The position numbers and the translations under genes are program-made. The notes under the pieces were generated by a model. It did no database searches. It worked only from the letters and a program-made list of their open reading frames with translations, and had not been told where the DNA came from. DNA of 64,000 nt from an uncultured archaeon (GTDB lineage: Archaea > Thermoproteota > Bathyarchaeia > Bathyarchaeales > Bathycorpusculaceae), in contig CAWALK010000014.1 of NCBI GenBank assembly GCA_963782915.1, positions 31,046 to 95,045 on the forward strand. The letters run 5' to 3'. This document shows, piece after piece, positions 61,426 to 64,000 of this stretch (its first letter is position 1; the number at the start of each line of letters is the position of its first letter).

Positions 61426-62260
61426 ATGAGACAAGAGGTTAATGCTTTGCTAAGTGAGCTTGCGACAAATAATCAGACTATAGCCAGTAAATCAATCCTT
61501 AGGAAGCTTGGCTTTCGATTAGGACCAAGCGGCGTACATATCGGTCGAACAATAATGCTTGAGGAACTACAAACGCTATTTTCATGTGTTCCATCTCCAG
61601 ACGCTCAGAAAGAGGATTATATCAAGGCAATCATAGAGAATAATTGTTTGGGAAAGCGCTCGCAAAAGAATCGGGAGCTTTCGGCAAGGCATTTAATGAC
61701 ACTTTATTCACTCGACCCATCAGTTGCTACTTTTCAAGCCCTAAGGTATTTCTGGACACGAGATATCGGTAGCCAACCTCTACTAGCGTTGCTTAGCGCA
61801 TATTCACGAGATGGCTTGCTTCGAATGAGTGCTCCATATGTTTTGTCACTTAAGGAAGGTGAAGTTCTTGATCGAGTGGCTTTCAAAGAGTTTCTTGATA
61901 AGAAAGCATCCGGTCGCCTTAGCGAGTTCTGCCTGGATGGATTGGTTAGAAATGTTTGTGGAACTTTGATTCGGTCTGGTCATCTGCAGAGAACTGGAAA
62001 GGTTCGTTCAAGGGCTGTAGCAACTGAGGGTTCTGTAGCATACGCCCTTTTTCTTGGTTACTTGCTTGGGAAGCCGTGGAAAGGCATTATTTTCAACTGA
62101 GTTCATGCACTTGCTAGATTCTCCAGTGGAGGATTGTATTGAATTAGCGGAGAATGCATCATGTCGGGGATGGCTTTCTTTTAAGCGTTTAGAAGATGTA
62201 ATGGAAGCTCAATTTCCGAATTTGCTGACGAAAGAGCAGATGGCCCTGATCATTCAATAA
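61426..62260 (+). CDS. BrxA-like protein, copy 1 (frameshift near 62070)
   Basis: GFR...G.H..RT.ML.EL, AI...NCLGKRS, RHL..LY.LD, YALFLGYL; paralog of the gene directly upstream of brxB. Confidence 0.65.
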
Positions 62261-62341
62261 GGATAACGAACCTTTGATCGCCAAGCAGAAGAAAAAGCGC
62301 TTTAATTTATATCCTTCTTATGCTAACAATGGCTTGGTGAA

Positions 62342-62599
62342 TTGCCATTGAAGTGTCCAAGATGTGGCTCTGAATTACCTAATAAGCCCTCCAAAGAATG
62401 GTCTTTTAGAAAAGGCTACTATCAAGTTAAGGCGTATCCATGCTCCAACTGCAAGAAAACTACTTTTATGTATTACCATGAGGGCAAACTTGGCTTTACC
62501 ATACCCAAAATCTACAGTCTAAATTATTATCCGATAAATTACCGGTTTAGCACTCAAAATGATGATTATACCTTTGCTTTTATTGACAACAGGAGCTAA
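62342..62599 (+). CDS. Small zinc-ribbon protein
   Basis: CPRCG...KEW...Y.C..C; GGTGA SD. Confidence 0.6.
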   Translation: MPLKCPRCGSELPNKPSKEWSFRKGYYQVKAYPCSNCKKTTFMYYHEGKLGFTIPKIYSLNYYPINYRFSTQNDDYTFAFIDNRS

Positions 62600-62667
62600 A
62601 ATGCATTAATTTGAACCACAGACTTTCGGAAGACAATCTTGCAATAAGTAAATGTCTTATAGTTTGA

Positions 62668-63519
62668 CAGCTAATTTACACTCCATACGAGGGACTTAAA
62701 GTCAGACCTGTAGATGACCAATCGGAGAGATCAGAGGCATTCAAAGACCTGAGCAACTTTGGCTTCCGTTTCAGCTATGGTAGTGCGCATACCGCTCGAA
62801 CTATGATGCTTAAAGATTTACAACTTTTGTTAGAATATGTTCATAACGCTAATTGCCCAAAGGATTGCTACCTAAAAGCGATTATTGAAGATAATTGTTT
62901 AAAAAAACGTTCACAAAGAACACGTGTACTATCAAGTAGGCATCTTGTTTATTTGTACTCTCTCGAACCTGTATGTACGATTTTCAGAGCCTTAAGGTAT
63001 TTTTGGGCAAGGGATTCAAAGGGTCATCCACTTTTGGCGTTGCTATGTTCCTACTCTCGTGACAGTCTTCTTCGTGTAAGTGCTCCCTTTATCTTAGAGA
63101 AGGCTGAAGGAATGAACGTCAGTCGGCAATCATTCGAAGAATATATTGAAGAAAGAGAGCCTGGTCGTTTTAGTAGAGCTACTTTAAAGTCATTGGCTCA
63201 AAATTTAAACGCAACCTGGACTGATTCGCAACATTTAATAGGTAAAGCTTAGAAGACAAGAATTAAGGCAGTTGCAACAGCTGGACCTGTTTCTTATGCT
63301 CTCTTTCTGGGATATCTTTGTGGTGCTAGAGGAGAAGCGTTATTTTCAACTGAGTTCACAAAGATGTTGGATTGCTCCTCTGTTCGTTGTGTTGAGTTAG
63401 CAGAAGAGGCGAGTCGACGGGGTTGGATTACAGTTAAGCGCATAGGAGCAGTGATTGAAGTCCAATTCCCAAATCTTCTTAATGCTCAGGAAAGAGAGTG
63501 GATTCGTGAACAAAACTAA
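62668..63519 (+). pseudogene. BrxA-like protein, copy 2, with in-frame TAG at 63250-63252
   Basis: Frame is open from 62668 (FGFRFSYGSAHTARTMMLKDL). After the TAG it continues KTRIKAVATAGPVSYALFLGYL...FPNLL to TAA at 63519, collinear with copy 1. Confidence 0.7.
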
Positions 63520-64000
63520 AAGACTAACCCAATCCTATGGGCGATTTATCGCTGTGCCTTGGCAGGATGCTGCAGCTGCTCAGCGCGTCATCTTCTGCAT
63601 ATACAATGAAGAAGGATGAGCTTCAACTCAGAGCAAAGATTGACGAATTTGAGATAGTTACAAGGCAAGCAGGGCATGATTGGGCATTATTCGATCTAAC
63701 AGACTCATTTGCCAACTGGCTGGACAGCCAACGCTATAAAAAAAGCTACTTCAAGAAACCAAGCCTCATCTCCACTTTGCTTCCCCAATACCCTAGTTTA
63801 TATCAAAAAAGCATTCGAGACTTTCATTCAGGACAAGAACGCTACCGAAAACACCGTTGTAGCTCTAAAGGGAGTTGGTTCGCTTTTCGGTTTCTTGAAA
63901 GTTAAAGAAGTTGTCGACATACTGGCACCATTGGTGAAAGGAAGATTACTTGTGTTCTTTCCAGGTACTTATGATAATAACAATTACCGATTACTGGAGC
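63506..64000 (+). CDS. brxB: BREX protein BrxB (DUF1788), frameshifted, runs off the window
   Basis: GTG at 63506; IAVPW....QRVIF..Y, ELQLRA.IDEFE..T..AGH.W, GVGSLFGF, GRLLVFFPG.Y.NNNYRLL. Confidence 0.82.

Noticed and set aside
1-64000. Genome-wide TAG recoding
   Set aside because: TAG is the evident natural stop of pstS1, uvrB, the Yip1-like gene and others.

Overview
Archaeal chromosomal DNA, most likely Ca. Bathyarchaeia. This is inferred from two large PQQ-type beta-propeller surface proteins with the FPNGV..VSD..S.W..YVY tail, an AbrB-PhoU regulator, an OB-fold SSB and archaeal BRE/TATA/poly-T signals. Left to right: a phosphate-uptake locus (pstS-pstC-pstA-pstB-phoU, a divergent AbrB-PhoU regulator and a second pstS); a bacterial-type uvrB-uvrA-uvrC operon; mixed housekeeping, stress and surface-protein genes (19-50 kb); and a decayed plasticity/defence region (about 50.5-64 kb) ending in the start of a BREX-like locus. 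Many genes carry single-base frameshifts, probably long-read assembly errors. The strongest unexplained signal is non-coding: about 15 short palindromes of the form GGTAG-stem-loop-stem-CTTYYAA, with three stem types, arranged as inverted pairs and alternating arrays. This resembles bacterial REP/BIME/REPIN elements, but in an archaeon. The same region holds a decayed tRNA-Pro(GGG), TA-like modules whose enzyme/toxin partner is broken, an orphan Csx3-associated-type ATPase, gene fragments and a duplicated brxA-like gene with an in-frame TAG. All family calls come from motif recognition by eye; no database searches were run.
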